Source: Octopus sinensis (taxonomy: Eukaryota). Taken from it: 64,000 nt of DNA. Shown one piece after another: positions 39,364 through 52,031 of the stretch. Each line of letters begins with the position of its first letter. The first letter of the stretch is position 1. The notes beneath the pieces are model-generated. The model was not told the origin of the DNA. It worked only from the letters and a program-made list of their open reading frames with translations, and ran no database searches. The DNA is taken from assembly GCF_006345805.1 (NCBI RefSeq), contig NC_042999.1:56482001-56546000 (forward strand), read 5' to 3'. Position numbers and translations under genes: made by a program.

Positions 39364-39790
39364 AATCATCATCATTCATTTAGCGTCCGTTCCCCAGGTT
39401 CAACTGGGGTCTGGGGAGCCCGAAGGCTGCACCAGGCCAGTCAGATCTGGCAGTGTTTCTACAGCTGGATGCCCTTCCTAACGCCAACCACTCCGAGAGT
39501 GTAGTGGGTGATTTCATGTGCCACCGACACAGGTGCCAGACGAGGCTGGTGAACGGCCACGCTCGGATGGTGTTTTTTATGTGCCACCGACACAGGTGCC
39601 AGACGAGGCTGGCAGACGGCCACGCTCGGATGGTGTTTTTATGTGCCACTGACACAGGTGCCAGATGAGGCTGGCGAACGGCCACGATCGGATGGTATTT
39701 GTTACGTGCCCGCAGCACAGAGGCCAGTCGATGCGGTACTGGCTACGGCCACGTTCGGATGGTTTTCTTGTGTGCCACCAGCACTGGTAC
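39364..39790 (-). mobile_element. Young RTE 3' UTR copy with a 62-66-bp minisatellite
   Basis: Units start at 39517, 39580, 39642, 39705 and 39771 (partial); CpG-rich. Confidence 0.85.
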
Positions 39791-39890
39791 CACAGAGATA
39801 CAAATTCCATTGATGTTCATCTATTTTGGTTGATAATAGAAAGGTTCTACCCCTGCATGCATGTATCACTGGCACAAGTGCCGTCATGTA

Positions 39891-40050
39891 TACATGACGG
39901 CACTTGTGCCAGTGACATGTAAGAGGCACCCATTACACTCTTGGAGTGGTTGGCATTAGGAAGAGAATCCAGCTGTTGAAACCAAGCCCAAATCAGACTG
40001 GAGCCTGGTGCAGCTCTCTGGCTTACCACTTCCATTCAAACTGTCTAGCC
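39891..40050 (+). mobile_element. 5' truncated RTE UTR copy, head-to-head with the previous copy
   Basis: cacccattacactcttggagtggttggcattaggaag core; interrupted at its tail by the hAT MITE at 40051. Confidence 0.75.
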
Positions 40051-40338
40051 CAAAGGATCCCAACCAGGGTCCACAGAAGCTTTAAGGGGGTCCATGAGTA
40101 AAAAATTATTTGTGGGTCCATGTATAAATTTTGTTTACTAGGAGAGGTATACCTATATTTATTGAAATTTTCAAGATATGTATTTGGAATTTATATTATG
40201 AATATAACAATTGTTTCATTACTACTTTTTACTAACCTACAAACATTGTATTTCAAAAATTTACATGTGCATATATGGGGTCCACGGATAAGATAGCTCT
40301 CAAGGGGTCCACAAGCAAAATAAGGCTGGGAAGCCCTG
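40051..40338. mobile_element. hAT-type MITE
   Basis: Degenerate TIR caaaggatcccaacc / ggctgggaagccctg; TSD gtctagcc (40043-40050) / gtctaacc (40339-40346). Confidence 0.7.
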
Positions 40339-41836
40339 GTCTAACCCATAAATAGTTAATACTTCATTAATTTACCATATCTACTTCATTTGCTTTTTTA
40401 AATTTGAAGTTTAGCACTTTATTTTTATTGAAATATCATTTTACTGTCCAACTTGCACCAGTATTGAAACCTGGACATTAAATGATGATGGTATGTTATA
40501 CTCAGCATAATAATCTAGAGCAACAGGGTTTCTCAACAAGGGAATATAATTTTGGTAGGGGTAAGTATAAACTAGGTCCAGAGGGAGTGAATTTACTAGT
40601 TTCATCATCATTCAGTGTCCATTTTCCATGCTGGCCCTGGGTTGGATGGTTTGACAGGAGCTGGCAGGATCAGGAACCACACCAGGTTCCATAGTCTGTT
40701 TTGGTTTCTATAGCTGGATGCTTTTCCCAACACCAACCACTTTAGTGTACTGGGTGCTTTTTACATGGCACCAACAGGATCACTGGTGGAGGGAGTGGTA
40801 TTGAGGAGTGTGACTTTGTGCCAGTTGAGAGATCTCTTTATAACAGCCAAACAAATTTTGCTGGATCATGTAGATTAATTACCCGATATCATTCACTTAG
40901 CAGAATACCTGAATAGCTGTCCTGACCACCAGTACAGTTGCTTACATATGGACCATTAAGACTTTACTGCAGGTCATTTAAATTAACAAATGCTTCGACT
41001 TTGGCTTTTTTAAAATTTACTTCATTTAGCAACAGAAACTAATTTTTCTCACAAGAAAATATTTAGAAACTACCTGTGTTGGTGCCATGTAGAATGCATC
41101 CTATTATATACAGTAACCCCTTGTCATATTGCAGTTTATTATTTAAGCTTACGTCTATTCCTCTGGTGTTGTTTTGTATTTATAATAAAATAAATATATA
41201 CAAATTATAAAAATAATTTTTAAAAAATGCAATAATGTTTCTACTTTGTGGATTCACACCTATCGTGGGGGGCTTTGGAATGTAACACCGTGATAGGCAA
41301 GGGCATCCAACCATAGAAACTATGCTAAATCAGATGGGAGCCTAGTGCAGCTCCCCAACTTGCCAGTCCCTGTCAAACTGTCCAATCCATGTCAACATGG
41401 GAAACATGCTCAGTGATGATGATGATTTTAAACAAATTATAAATACACTGAATACTAAAATATCCATTCTATAATGTGTTGAGAAATATTTTTAGTAAAA
41501 ATGATTATTTAATAATAAATTTAAAATGAAAAAGTGAAGTTAAGAAACAATTTTTCCAAGTTTGTCTGTGGTGGAAAGTAGGATTTTAGCCATGTGCTAA
41601 AACAAAGAATCCTTTTGAACATAGAACATGATGATTTGCAGTTCAATATAATATTTGTGATCTTATCCATTCCTACTGTGCCTATCCTTCCTATTAAGAA
41701 TCAAAAAAAATCATGCATTAAAGGTTTTTGTATTTACTAAGAATTTGCTTGCATTCTATAATAGCTAATTTGTTTTTGTTTTTTTTTTAATATATTTTTT
41801 TCCGTGCTAGCATGGGTTAGATAATTGTAGTATTAA

Positions 41837-42056
41837 CCCATTCGTTACCAACCTGGTTGAAACTGGCTCTGGATTTGAATACAAATGTCTTGTTTTCACA
41901 AGTTTTGAATTAAAATCTTCCTCCAAACCTTAGTCACAATTTATGTTCCTAACACTAGCTCAATGGTAACTAAGTTATTTTACTAAATTCTTTGTTATAT
42001 TTAAAGTAATTGAAAGAAACAAAGAGCATCTCAAAATAAATATGGTAACGAAAGGG
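41837..42056. mobile_element. piggyBac-derived MITE, family A
   Basis: TTAA on both sides; ends cccattcgttac / gtaacgaaaggg, essentially the same TIR as the 16801-17843 piggyBac. Confidence 0.88.
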
Positions 42057-44409
42057 TTAAGGCATTGTTTTACACAGCCATATGCTTTTCTTGTCACTAA
42101 TCCTTATGTTTTACTAAAAAAAAGAAAAGAAAAAAAAAAGATATTTCTCATTTTACGCATCTTCAAAAGTTCAGTTTCCATCTACCCAGTTCACCGAATG
42201 CTTTATTGTCAGCCTGGGACTGGAATAGACTCTTGTCCAAAATGTTCTGTAGTGTTTCAAAAGAAAACTACACAGTTATACCAGCCCCTATTTGTAAAAA
42301 TTTTATTCTTGAAGTTGTATGATAATCCCTTCTATCACAGAATTAAAGCTTTTTTTTTTTTTTTTATAATTCTTTTGTAATAGGAATAACTCAACAGATC
42401 TGTAAATGAAGAGATTTGCATGTGTCTCTGCATGACAAAGCATACAATTTTGTAAAACTAATTAAATGAAGGATCATTTACAAAGAATCTCTCTTTTTTT
42501 ATGGTTTAGTTATTTCAAGCTTTGGAGAACTGAGACTTGTAGGATTGACTTGGCTTATATTAAATCCTTGGAAACACGAAAACATGGGTGGGAATGAACT
42601 CCCAGAGTTTGAGGTGATTAGTGTGGAGTCTTAGTGATAGAAGACAGATGGGAGAGGAGTGTTGTGTAGGGCTTTCAGGTGAACATAATCTGCAAGGAAT
42701 GGAGGTCATTATAGTAGTGATAGAATAAGCAAACAGGTCATTTGTGTTGGATGTTGCTGTGGAGGAGTCTTTACCAATACCTTGGAAGACTTTTCAGATG
42801 CTGTCTAGGATGATTGTATGTGTAGCAGTAGCAGCATTCTAGATACCCAGTGTGTAGTAGTCCTGGCATCATTTAAGGTACCTGTGTGTGCGGTGACACC
42901 ATTCCAGATTTGGTAACAGTATTTTGTTGGGGCTCTTATTTGTTCATTATTTTCTGATCCTGAAAATGCCCAGTATTATCTGTTATACACTTTATTTAAC
43001 CCTTCAGCATTTAAACTGGCTTTTTCCAGCCAAATTATTCTTCCTGTTTTATGTTCAAACTGGCCAAATTTGGCCTCTTGAACCTACCCTACAATGTCAT
43101 TCTTAAAGTAAATGACTGTGTCATCAATATCTCAGAGCTACAAGATAATACATGAGTAATTCAAAACAATGAATAAATAAGCATCACACTCGACAGAGTA
43201 ATCTAAATGCTAAATGGTTAACTCTTATTAGTATTATCTCTTGTTATGGACCTTATTTGACTTCTGTTTCTATCCAATCCACTAAAAGCAATATATTTTG
43301 TCTTTCTCTGAAGATCGTAATCTCTTACCATGTGTTTGATCTCAAAAGGTGTAAATTTCCTAGTTGCTTCTTCTCTCCACTATCTCATTTTGTAATTGCT
43401 TTTTTGTGAAATTACCTCTAATTTAGTCTTAGGTGATAAAAAAAAATACCCACTTAATGACAGGTGTGTTGGAATTTAGGAAATAACGTACCATTGGTAA
43501 TGAAAAGCAATGTCAAGATATTTCATGTTGATTTAGAATAGAAACAGGCGCAGTCATTTAGAATCTACATTGTAGGTTAAAGCAGATTTATTTCATTACT
43601 ATGTCCTGTATTTTACTAATTGTTCAGTTAATTGCTGCCAATGTCTATCATTTGTCTTTCACAATTCCTGCTGCTGCTGCTCTCACCAATCAATATAAAT
43701 TTTACTACTTTTGTTTTATTATTAAACATATATTTCATTTGTTTGTTTCCACCTCTTTTGTAAACAGTATTTTATATCTTATTTATTTAAAACTTCTGTC
43801 ATTAAATTACTGGTAAGCAATGAAATACTAAACAAATATATAATATCAGATCAAGAAATTGATATTTGCCAGTGTCCTGGCCACATAACCAATAGTGAGG
43901 TACTAAAACAGTACCAACTGGTAATATTGATATTGTAGATGATAAAGATTTTTTTTTTCAGTGATCTTCTTTGTCAGGGGGTGATTATCTGTCCACCAAT
44001 GTTTGATGCATTAAGTCAGTGGTTCTCGACCATTTCGTTTATCCTATGAACCCCCATGGTTCCAGTTTTACTTGGATGAACCCTCATAACCATTTGATGT
44101 TTAAAAAAATTCTATTTTCATAATTAAATATTATTATTAAGAATTATATAAAAAAAAAATTTTAATTTATGAGCAATAAATTAGTTCTACAATGCACAAA
44201 AGATTTTAACAAAACCTTTTGTGGACCTGAATCAGATGGATTGGACTGGAATGTTCTTTTTTTATGCATTTATTACTTTATCCTTTGGTGGATGGGGATT
44301 ATAAATTTAGCTACTTCATTTCTTTCCCTGTTTTTCCCCCATCTTTTATCTTTTTGCTTTGCCACCCAATCCTCCTCATCATCATTTAACATCCATATAG
44401 TGTACATGC

Positions 44410-44850
44410 TGTGAACTGTGTGCATAAGCAGTATACTGGGATCACAAGCAGGTTTGACAGTGAATAAAGATTTCAAATGTGGCAGGTGTACAGGAGTAGT
44501 TAGCAGAGCAGCAGTGAAATATATTGTTTTCAATACTTGGAAGGATTTACTGGAGTAATTGATAGCCTCTGTTACCTAGGTAACTTTATCAGTAGTAGAT
44601 GAGGGTGCTGTGAAAATATAGTAGCCAGAATGAAGAAAATTCAGGGAGCTATTAGCTTTACAGGCAGCTAGGGGATTCTCTCTTCAAGCAAAGGGCAGAT
44701 TGTTTGTTGCTTGTGTATGGAGTGCAGTCACTGCATGGTAGTAGAACATATGCACTGAATGCAGGTGAAGTGAAATGAAGCATGTATATTGTGTGTGTGA
44801 ATGTCATGGCAGAGACAAGCTGAGAGATAAACTGGGTGTCGGAGGAAAAG
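44410..44850 (+). mobile_element. Degraded RTE LINE ORF fragment (post-RT region)
   Basis: Frameshifted remnants: HK.YTGITSRFDSE/VNKDFKCGRCTG, LEVIDSLCYLG, RGFSLQAKGRLF.ACV, LRDKLGV; the order expected in RTE ORFs. Confidence 0.65.
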
Positions 44851-45812
44851 AAAGCTTCAACTTAACACGCTACATGACCTCAAACCTGATAGAATTGGAT
44901 TGTTATACATGTCGTCATAAACCCCTGCCGATCAAGGGAATTGAAACCTTATCAAGTCTGATATTATCTTAGTTAATTTAAATTGTTGTCAGTTTAAATG
45001 TTTATTGTCAACTGTTGAAACAACTGACTTAACTGTAGTAAAATTTGAGCTGGTTAATTTGAAGCTATCTAAATTTAGAAGTGAAATTTCAATCCCGTCA
45101 CAACACATTTACTTAAAATTGCTTGCTTCCTCTTTCTCTCTCAGTTCAGCATTTGCAAAGTCGGTGAAACTAAGCAGCTTGTCTGAGTCATTGCTGTGGA
45201 CAGATCAATGATTATAGCTCTCTTTCCTGTGTGTTATGTCAATACCTCACCCAGCATACATGGCAACAGACGGTCACTGTTTCTTCTGAAATGGCCAGTT
45301 TAAATCTATTTTCTCAGTTTGCCATAGATTTTATTACTAGCTTTCTTCTACATATTTTTACTTTTTTTTTATTTTTTGGGTGGTGTCTCATTTGCAATTG
45401 TAAAAACTTTGTTTATTTTTACTGAATAGTTACTTTCATTTTTTAAACTTATTGTACTGGCCATGCTGGGGCCTTGAAAGGGTTTAATTGATCAAGTCAA
45501 CTCCAGTATTTTTTAAAGTCTGATTGTATTGATCTTGTTTTGTCAAACTGCTAAATGCAAAGACATAAACCAACCAATACCAGTTATCTACTGGTGAAAC
45601 ATCCATGCATAAACAGTCTTTTACATAGTTTTTTGACTACCAAATTAACCAACAAGGCATTTGTCAGCCAGGGGCTATAGTAGATATTGGCCCAAAGTAC
45701 CCCACGGTGGGGGTCTTAATCTGAACTCGTCTAGTGGCAGATTGAACTTAGTGCATGCATGCACCTACACAGGGTATTATTAGGAAACATTTTGGGATTT
45801 TCAATGCATTAA

Positions 45813-46336
45813 TCCTTTCGTTACTGTATTACTTTTGAGATGCTCTGTGTTTCTTTCAATTATTTTGGCATGTGAAAAACAACATTCAAGCATGGTCATT
45901 GCCAGCGCCGCTGAACTGACTCTCGTGCAGGTAGCACGTAAAAAAAACCCTTTTGAGTGTGGCCGTTGCCAGAACTGCCTAACTGGCTCTCGTACTGGTG
46001 GTACATAAAAGCAACCACTACACTATGAGTGGTTGGCGTTAGGAAGGGCATCAAGCCATAGAAACTTTGCCAGATCAGATTGAGCCCGGTGCAGCCCTCT
46101 GACTCACCAATCCTCAGTCAAACCGGCCAACCTATGCCAGCATGGAAAGTGAACGTAAAACTACGATGATGATGATGATGATAACAAAGAATTTAGTAAA
46201 ATAACTTAGTTATCATTCAGCTAGTGTTAGGAACATAAATCACGACTAAGGTTTGGTGGAAGATTTTAATTCAAAACTTATGGAAACCAGACATCTTTAC
46301 TCAGAGCCAGTTTCAGTTGGGTTGGTAATGAAAGGG
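45813..46336. mobile_element. piggyBac MITE family A (reverse orientation) split by a nested RTE 3' UTR (about 45867-46180)
   Basis: TTAA at 45809-45812 and 46337-46340; the two halves are collinear with the reverse complement of 41837-42056; the insert ends in (GAT)n. Confidence 0.85.
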
Positions 46337-47735
46337 TTAAGTTAAACTCTTCAAGACAGATACTGTATAAACTCTCAGTGAGCCATCATTCTAATGAATT
46401 AGCCAGTTATAAATTTTTGCTTCCCTACCACATGGTTTTCGGTTCAATCCTATTGTATAACACCTTGGGCACGTATTCTAATATAACCTCTAGGCAGCTA
46501 AAGGCTTGTTAGTGAATTTAGTAGATGGAAACTGGAAGAAGCCCCTTGTGTGTTTGTGTTTATTTCTCATTGTCTTGGTATTTGTAAATGAATGTCACTG
46601 TTATACAAACAGTGCCATTCATTTCCAGTATTCTATGAAAGCATATTTGGCTAAGGGAAAATATTACCTTGCATTGAAACAGGTGAGGGCTGGCAATAAG
46701 TAGGGCATTTGGCCTGGCAAATCTGTCCAGTCCATGCAAGCTCAAAAAAGTGGATGATGATATTGGAAAAAATTTTCAGGATCCATCCTCCCCATGTCTC
46801 TTGGCATTACTTTACATGGTCTTCAGTAATTTGAGTAAATGTTTTAATTTGTGCAAGAAATTATTTTCTACTTTTGACTTCATCATTTAATGCCCACTTA
46901 CCCATGCTTGCATGGAGCGGTGTGGTTTCAGTGAGACAGATTACTACTACAGCCAGTTGCCTTTCTTGTTGCCAACCCCATTTTCAGCTAAAACTATATT
47001 CACCAAAGACTGGCCACAACACCATTTGTATGGTGCTGATGCTCATTCACAGCTATTAAGCAATGTTAAAATAAGGTCACACAGTACATAAGATGGGTTT
47101 CTTTCAGTTTTCTCCTCCTGCATCCACTCTCAAGACTTTGGTTGGTCTAAATCTATAGTAGAAGACATTTACCCAAGGTGCCCAAGAAGACATTTGCCCA
47201 AGTGAGCCTAAACCTGAAATCATGTGGTTGGGAAGTGAATGTTTTCACACAGCCAAACCTGTACCAGTGGTTGGCATTGGGAAGGATATCCAGCTGTAAA
47301 AACCATACCAAAATAGACAACTGGAACCTGAACATCTATCAAACTGTCCAACCCATGCCTGCATGGAGAACAGACACTAAATGTTGATGATATACATTAT
47401 ATTTCAAATTCTGATTGTCATCAAACACCTTAATCAAGGATTGAAACCTCTACATCTGCCTGTGGTTTAATAGATACGAGCATTACACTCTTTTAAGAAA
47501 TATTGGTACCTTGTTTCTGTCCAGTTTTGAGATCTTGTATATGAATAATAAGATGTTGAAACTTTGAGATTTCGATGCTGTGATTGTATATCTTAAGAAT
47601 GACATTGCAGGGCAGGTGTAAGAGCCCATATCTTGACAGTTTGAATATAAAACTGGTAGAATATCTGGGCCATATATGGCCTGTTTAAATGCTAAAGGAT
47701 TAAACACACCAACACCGATTGTCAAGCAGTGTTGC

Positions 47736-47737
<2 letters not shown>

Positions 47738-47781
<44 letters not shown>
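47738..47781. repeat. (CA)n microsatellite
   Basis: Read directly. Other (CA/GT)n tracts at about 6633-6651, 27515-27535, 32690-32745 and 55458-55498. Confidence 0.95.
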
Positions 47782-47784
<3 letters not shown>

Positions 47785-48332
47785 GATAGGCTTCTTTCAG
47801 TTTCTGTCAACCAAATCCACTCACAAGACTTTGGTCAGCCCAAGGCTCTAGTAGAAAATACTTGTTGAAGGTGCCATACAGTGGGACTGAACCTGGAACC
47901 ATATGGTCAGGCAGCTAACTTCTTACCACACAACCACAATTTTCTAAGACCTAATTTCTTTTCCTATCAAATTCCAATATTCCATTCTCTTTGAATCTAT
48001 AGATGAGTGGTTCTCATTTATGTCTACTGACAAGTGTCTAACAGCAGTTGCTTTCATTGTTCTCTTAAATACCAGACTGTAAATACCCTTGGGTATTTTT
48101 TCCAGAGAGTATTGAATAAAATGTCTTGAATCTGTTCTGAGTTCAAATCCCAAAGAAGTCAGCTTGGCCTTTCATTCTTTTGGGGATCAATAAACAAACT
48201 ACTAGTCCTGTACTGGGGTCAGTTCATCCTTATTTCTCCTATTGGTATTTCAAAGGTCCAGACTTGTCTCGTAGTGCCACCCTGATTCAACTGGAGAATT
48301 AAGGGTATGTGATTCTATGGAACACTTGACTA

Positions 48333-48544
48333 CAGTAATTTCTTACCGTATCACAGTTCCCCTATCATGGCTTATTATTTAAGCTTACGTCGATTCCTTT
48401 GTGGTGGTGTTTTGCTTTTATAATTAGATATATACAAATTATAAAAATATCAAAAACAAATATACAGTGCTGTTTCTACTTTGGATTTTTGTTTATCACA
48501 GGGGGTTTTGGAACATAACACCTGCAATAGTCGGGGGTTTACTG
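48333..48544. mobile_element. Tc1/pogo(Tigger)-like MITE
   Basis: TA|cagtaa ... ttactg|TA; homologous truncated copy at about 41111-41300. Confidence 0.65.
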
Positions 48545-50599
48545 TACTTGGATATTAATTTCACAATTAAAAGTCCAGTTAATCTAACACCTGAATGTTC
48601 ATTGTTGAGACCAACAGTAGGGAGGTGCGAGGAAGAAGCATTTCTACCAACTGGACATTCTGCACCACACCTTTTATATATTGTCTACCAATTCCATTAA
48701 GTTAAATGTAATGCTTATTCATTTATATTGTCTTGAATTAGTCCTGTATTATCTTGTAGCTGCAGGATTCTGTGACTTGGTAATTTTTTAACTACATTGT
48801 AGGGTTGGTGTGAGAGGTCAGATCCCGCCAGTTTGAACATTAAATCAGGTAGAATATCTGAGCCACATACTGGCCAGTTTAATTACTAAAAAGTTAAACA
48901 TGACCCAGCTTTCAGATGTTTTGGCCCAGTCTTTCCCACTTCAAATATTTTCTAAAACTTTCACACTTAATTTTTGCCAGTCTGTAGATTGTTTAAAAAA
49001 AAGTACAACTTGGCATTGATACTAATTCCTACTCAGTGTTTCAAGCACAAAATGGATATTGTCCCTAGTTCTAAGAGACAAACCTCTTGTTTTAACCCTT
49101 TTCCTACATTTCTGTTGCTGCCCTTGTTTCATAATTTTTTAAATGATGAATATAGTAAAGTAACTTTACCATTATTAAAATGGTACTTGTAACTTAAAGG
49201 AACATGGAATTTGAACTGAAATAATCATCGTTTGATATCTGTTTTCCCTGCTGGCATGGATTGGATGGTTTGACTGAGGTCTGGAAAGCCAGCAGCTACA
49301 CTGGGCTCCATTCTGACCTGGCAAAGTTTCTACAGCTGGATGCCCTTCCTAATGCCAACCACTCTGAGAGTGTAGTGAGTACTTTTTTTGTGCCACTGGC
49401 ATGGGAGTCAGTCAGGGGACACTGGCATCAACCATGTTTGGATGATGCATTTTACATACCGCTGGCATGGGAAAAGTTTTTAATTTTAAAAACAGTTTGT
49501 ATTAGCAAACCAGGGGCAATTTCAGGCAGATTGGTATCAAAAAGGTTTAAGTGACCTAAATTAAAATCTATCAATTTCTTGTTAATTTATGTTCCAGAGA
49601 CCAGCAACAGAGTATTTGAAAAGAAATATGGCAATAAAAGGTTAAATGCTATACTTATTCCTAAATTTGAAATTTTGGGAAATCTCTACAATAAAAATAC
49701 ACACTTTTGTATCTGCAGCCCCTTAGTAAATAGTAAATGACCTATGTTTAGTGAACCAGTTGTTGCTGTTAATGCGGCAAGTTGTTTCTAGGTTTCATTG
49801 ATTTTTGTTTGTTTATCCGCTGTGACCTTTCCAGTGAAAGGAACTACAGGTTGATTGAATGTTACAAAGCTAATAGACTCTAATTAATAATATTTTACTG
49901 TGTCTCTCTTCTTTAAACAATGCATGTTAATTGCATTTGTTAAAGAATTTGATTTATGGTGAATTTGAAGGACAAATCATTAGAAAGACTAGTCCCTGGA
50001 AATTGGCCAATTTATTGATATATTTTTTTAATCAGGCGTGGCTGTGTGGTCAAGAAATCTGCTTCCAACCACATGGTTTCAGGTTCAGTCCCATTGCATG
50101 GCACCTTGGGCAAGTGTCTTTTACTATAGTCTGGGCTAACCACAGCCTTGTGAGTGGACTTGGTAGGTGGAAATTGAAGATTTGTGTGTGTTTGGGACTC
50201 CTTGTTTTCATGTTTTATAATGGTAAATGAGTGTCATTGTCATACAAATAGTGTCCAATATTCTTCAAAGACCCGACTGACCAAAGGGGAATATTATTTT
50301 ACTTGGAAGGTGAGGCTTGGTGTCAGGACATTTGGCCCAAAGAAAATTTGCTTCAAACTCCGACTCCTACAAGAACAGAAAAGTAGGCATTAAAAGATTA
50401 AAAAAAAAAAAATTCAAAGTAACCCTAAGTCTTGTTAGTGAGGAAGGAGAGAGACTAAACTATAGAATCTTAAAATGCAAAGGCCATTTGGTGGTTTAGT
50501 CCCAAAACAGTAACAGCAAACACCACCCATTGTTCATCTAGTGACTTTTTTTTATGACAAATGTAATTATGCGCGCGCGCACACACGCACGCACGCATA

Positions 50600-51010
50600 C
50601 TGGGTGCAGCGAATAAACTGTCGTCTAAATTATGCAGAAATGAAAATAACACTAACATTTCAGTTTAACAGTTATATTTACCAAAATTACATTAAAATAT
50701 CTTGAAATACTAAAGAGTAAATTTATTTGATAAAATTACCATTGGCTTCAACCACGGCTTCCAGAGGACTTGAGAATCTCCTGCAACTCTTCTGGACGAT
50801 CTTGTTTAAGTTGGTAAATGCTGCCTTAATCCTTGCCTTTAGTTCATCGTTGGTGTTACAAGGAGTTTTGTTGGTCTCTCATTCAACTACACCCCACACA
50901 TGATAATCAAGGGTGTTGCAGTCTGGGCAGTTAGGTGGCCAGATGTTAGGGGTGATGTGGTCGCAGAAATTGTCTGACAACCATGACTGGGTTCTCCTGC
51001 TTGTGTGGCA
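50600..51010 (-). mobile_element. Tc1/mariner maT (DD37D-like) transposase C-terminal remnant with a 3' end
   Basis: Minus strand: CHTSRRTQSWLSDNFCDHITPNIWPPNCPDCNTLDYHVWGVVE(*/R)ETNKTPCNTNDELKARIKAAFTNLNK..VQKSCRRFSSPLEAVVEANGNFIK*; WPPNSPD-like motif. TA|ctgggtgcagcg TIR-like end at 50598. Confidence 0.82.
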
Positions 51011-51268
51011 TGTTATTTCTTGGTGGAAGTTTTTTTTTTGTTGTGAAAACTGACAGAAAACACTGTTATTGTGGAATGAGAATGCATAGTGTGAGGTTAA
51101 GCTACTAGAAGCTGTGTCACCCATTCCTCTCTGTGTGCTGGTTCCCTTCCACTGGTGATTGCATCTTCCAGTTAACATATTTTGGTTGAAATACACTGCT
51201 TTTATTGAAATTAAAGTTAAATTAACTTTAAATGAAAAAGATAATGAATTTGTTGAAATAATTATTAA

Positions 51269-51475
51269 CCCTTTCGTTACCAACCCGGCTGAAACTGGCT
51301 CTGGCTCTTTAGTATAAATGTCTTGTTTTCATAAGTTTTGAATTCAAATCTTCCACCAAATCTTAGTTAAAATTTAGCTTAATGATAACAAAGTTAATCT
51401 ACTAAATTCTTTGTTATATTTAAATTAATTGAGAGAAATACAGAGCATCTCAAAATGAATACAGTAATGAAAGGG
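51269..51475. mobile_element. piggyBac-derived MITE family A, inserted at a TTAA inside a family C MITE
   Basis: ttaa|ccctttcgttac ... gtaatgaaaggg|ttaa; the flanks rejoin as ttattaagctggtgtttg, as seen in family C copies. Confidence 0.88.
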
Positions 51476-51988
51476 TTAAGCTGGTGTTTGTAACACAAAT
51501 TAACATGGAATTTTGGAGGATTTTTATATTTAATTTATTTCATCTTCATTGTGGATCTTGACAAGGTTGTTTAATAAGGCTTACAAGTTTTGGAAGAAGG
51601 AAATTCTCTGTGGCTTCTATGATGGTCAGCACTTTAACTGGTGGTAGTGGTGGTGGGGTACTTCAGGAACATTTCCCTTGGAGCTGGTTTAAAAAAAAAA
51701 TTTTTATTGTTCTTTGAACCAGGATTTCATTATATCACTAGACATTGGTAGCATTGTGGAATAATCTAGTCTAAGTAGTTTGTTCTTCACACAGTAAAAT
51801 GTTGGCTCAGTTGCTTGATGGTTTAACAGATTATCTAAGTCTTCTTTAACCCTTGTCAAATGTTTTTTTGACAACAGATTAGTATTTCCAAACAGTTCTA
51901 CTGTTTATGCCAGTGGTTCCCAACCCTTTTATTAAAATGAGTTTTCCCACGGACCCCTTTTAGTATGCCTGTCCTGATGTGTGTGTGC

Positions 51989-52031
<43 letters not shown>

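Noticed and set aside
39517-39790. CRISPR-like periodic array of ~63 bp
   Set aside because: Whole units are duplicated (no unique spacers), there are no cas genes, the context is a eukaryotic intron, and it lies inside an RTE 3' UTR.
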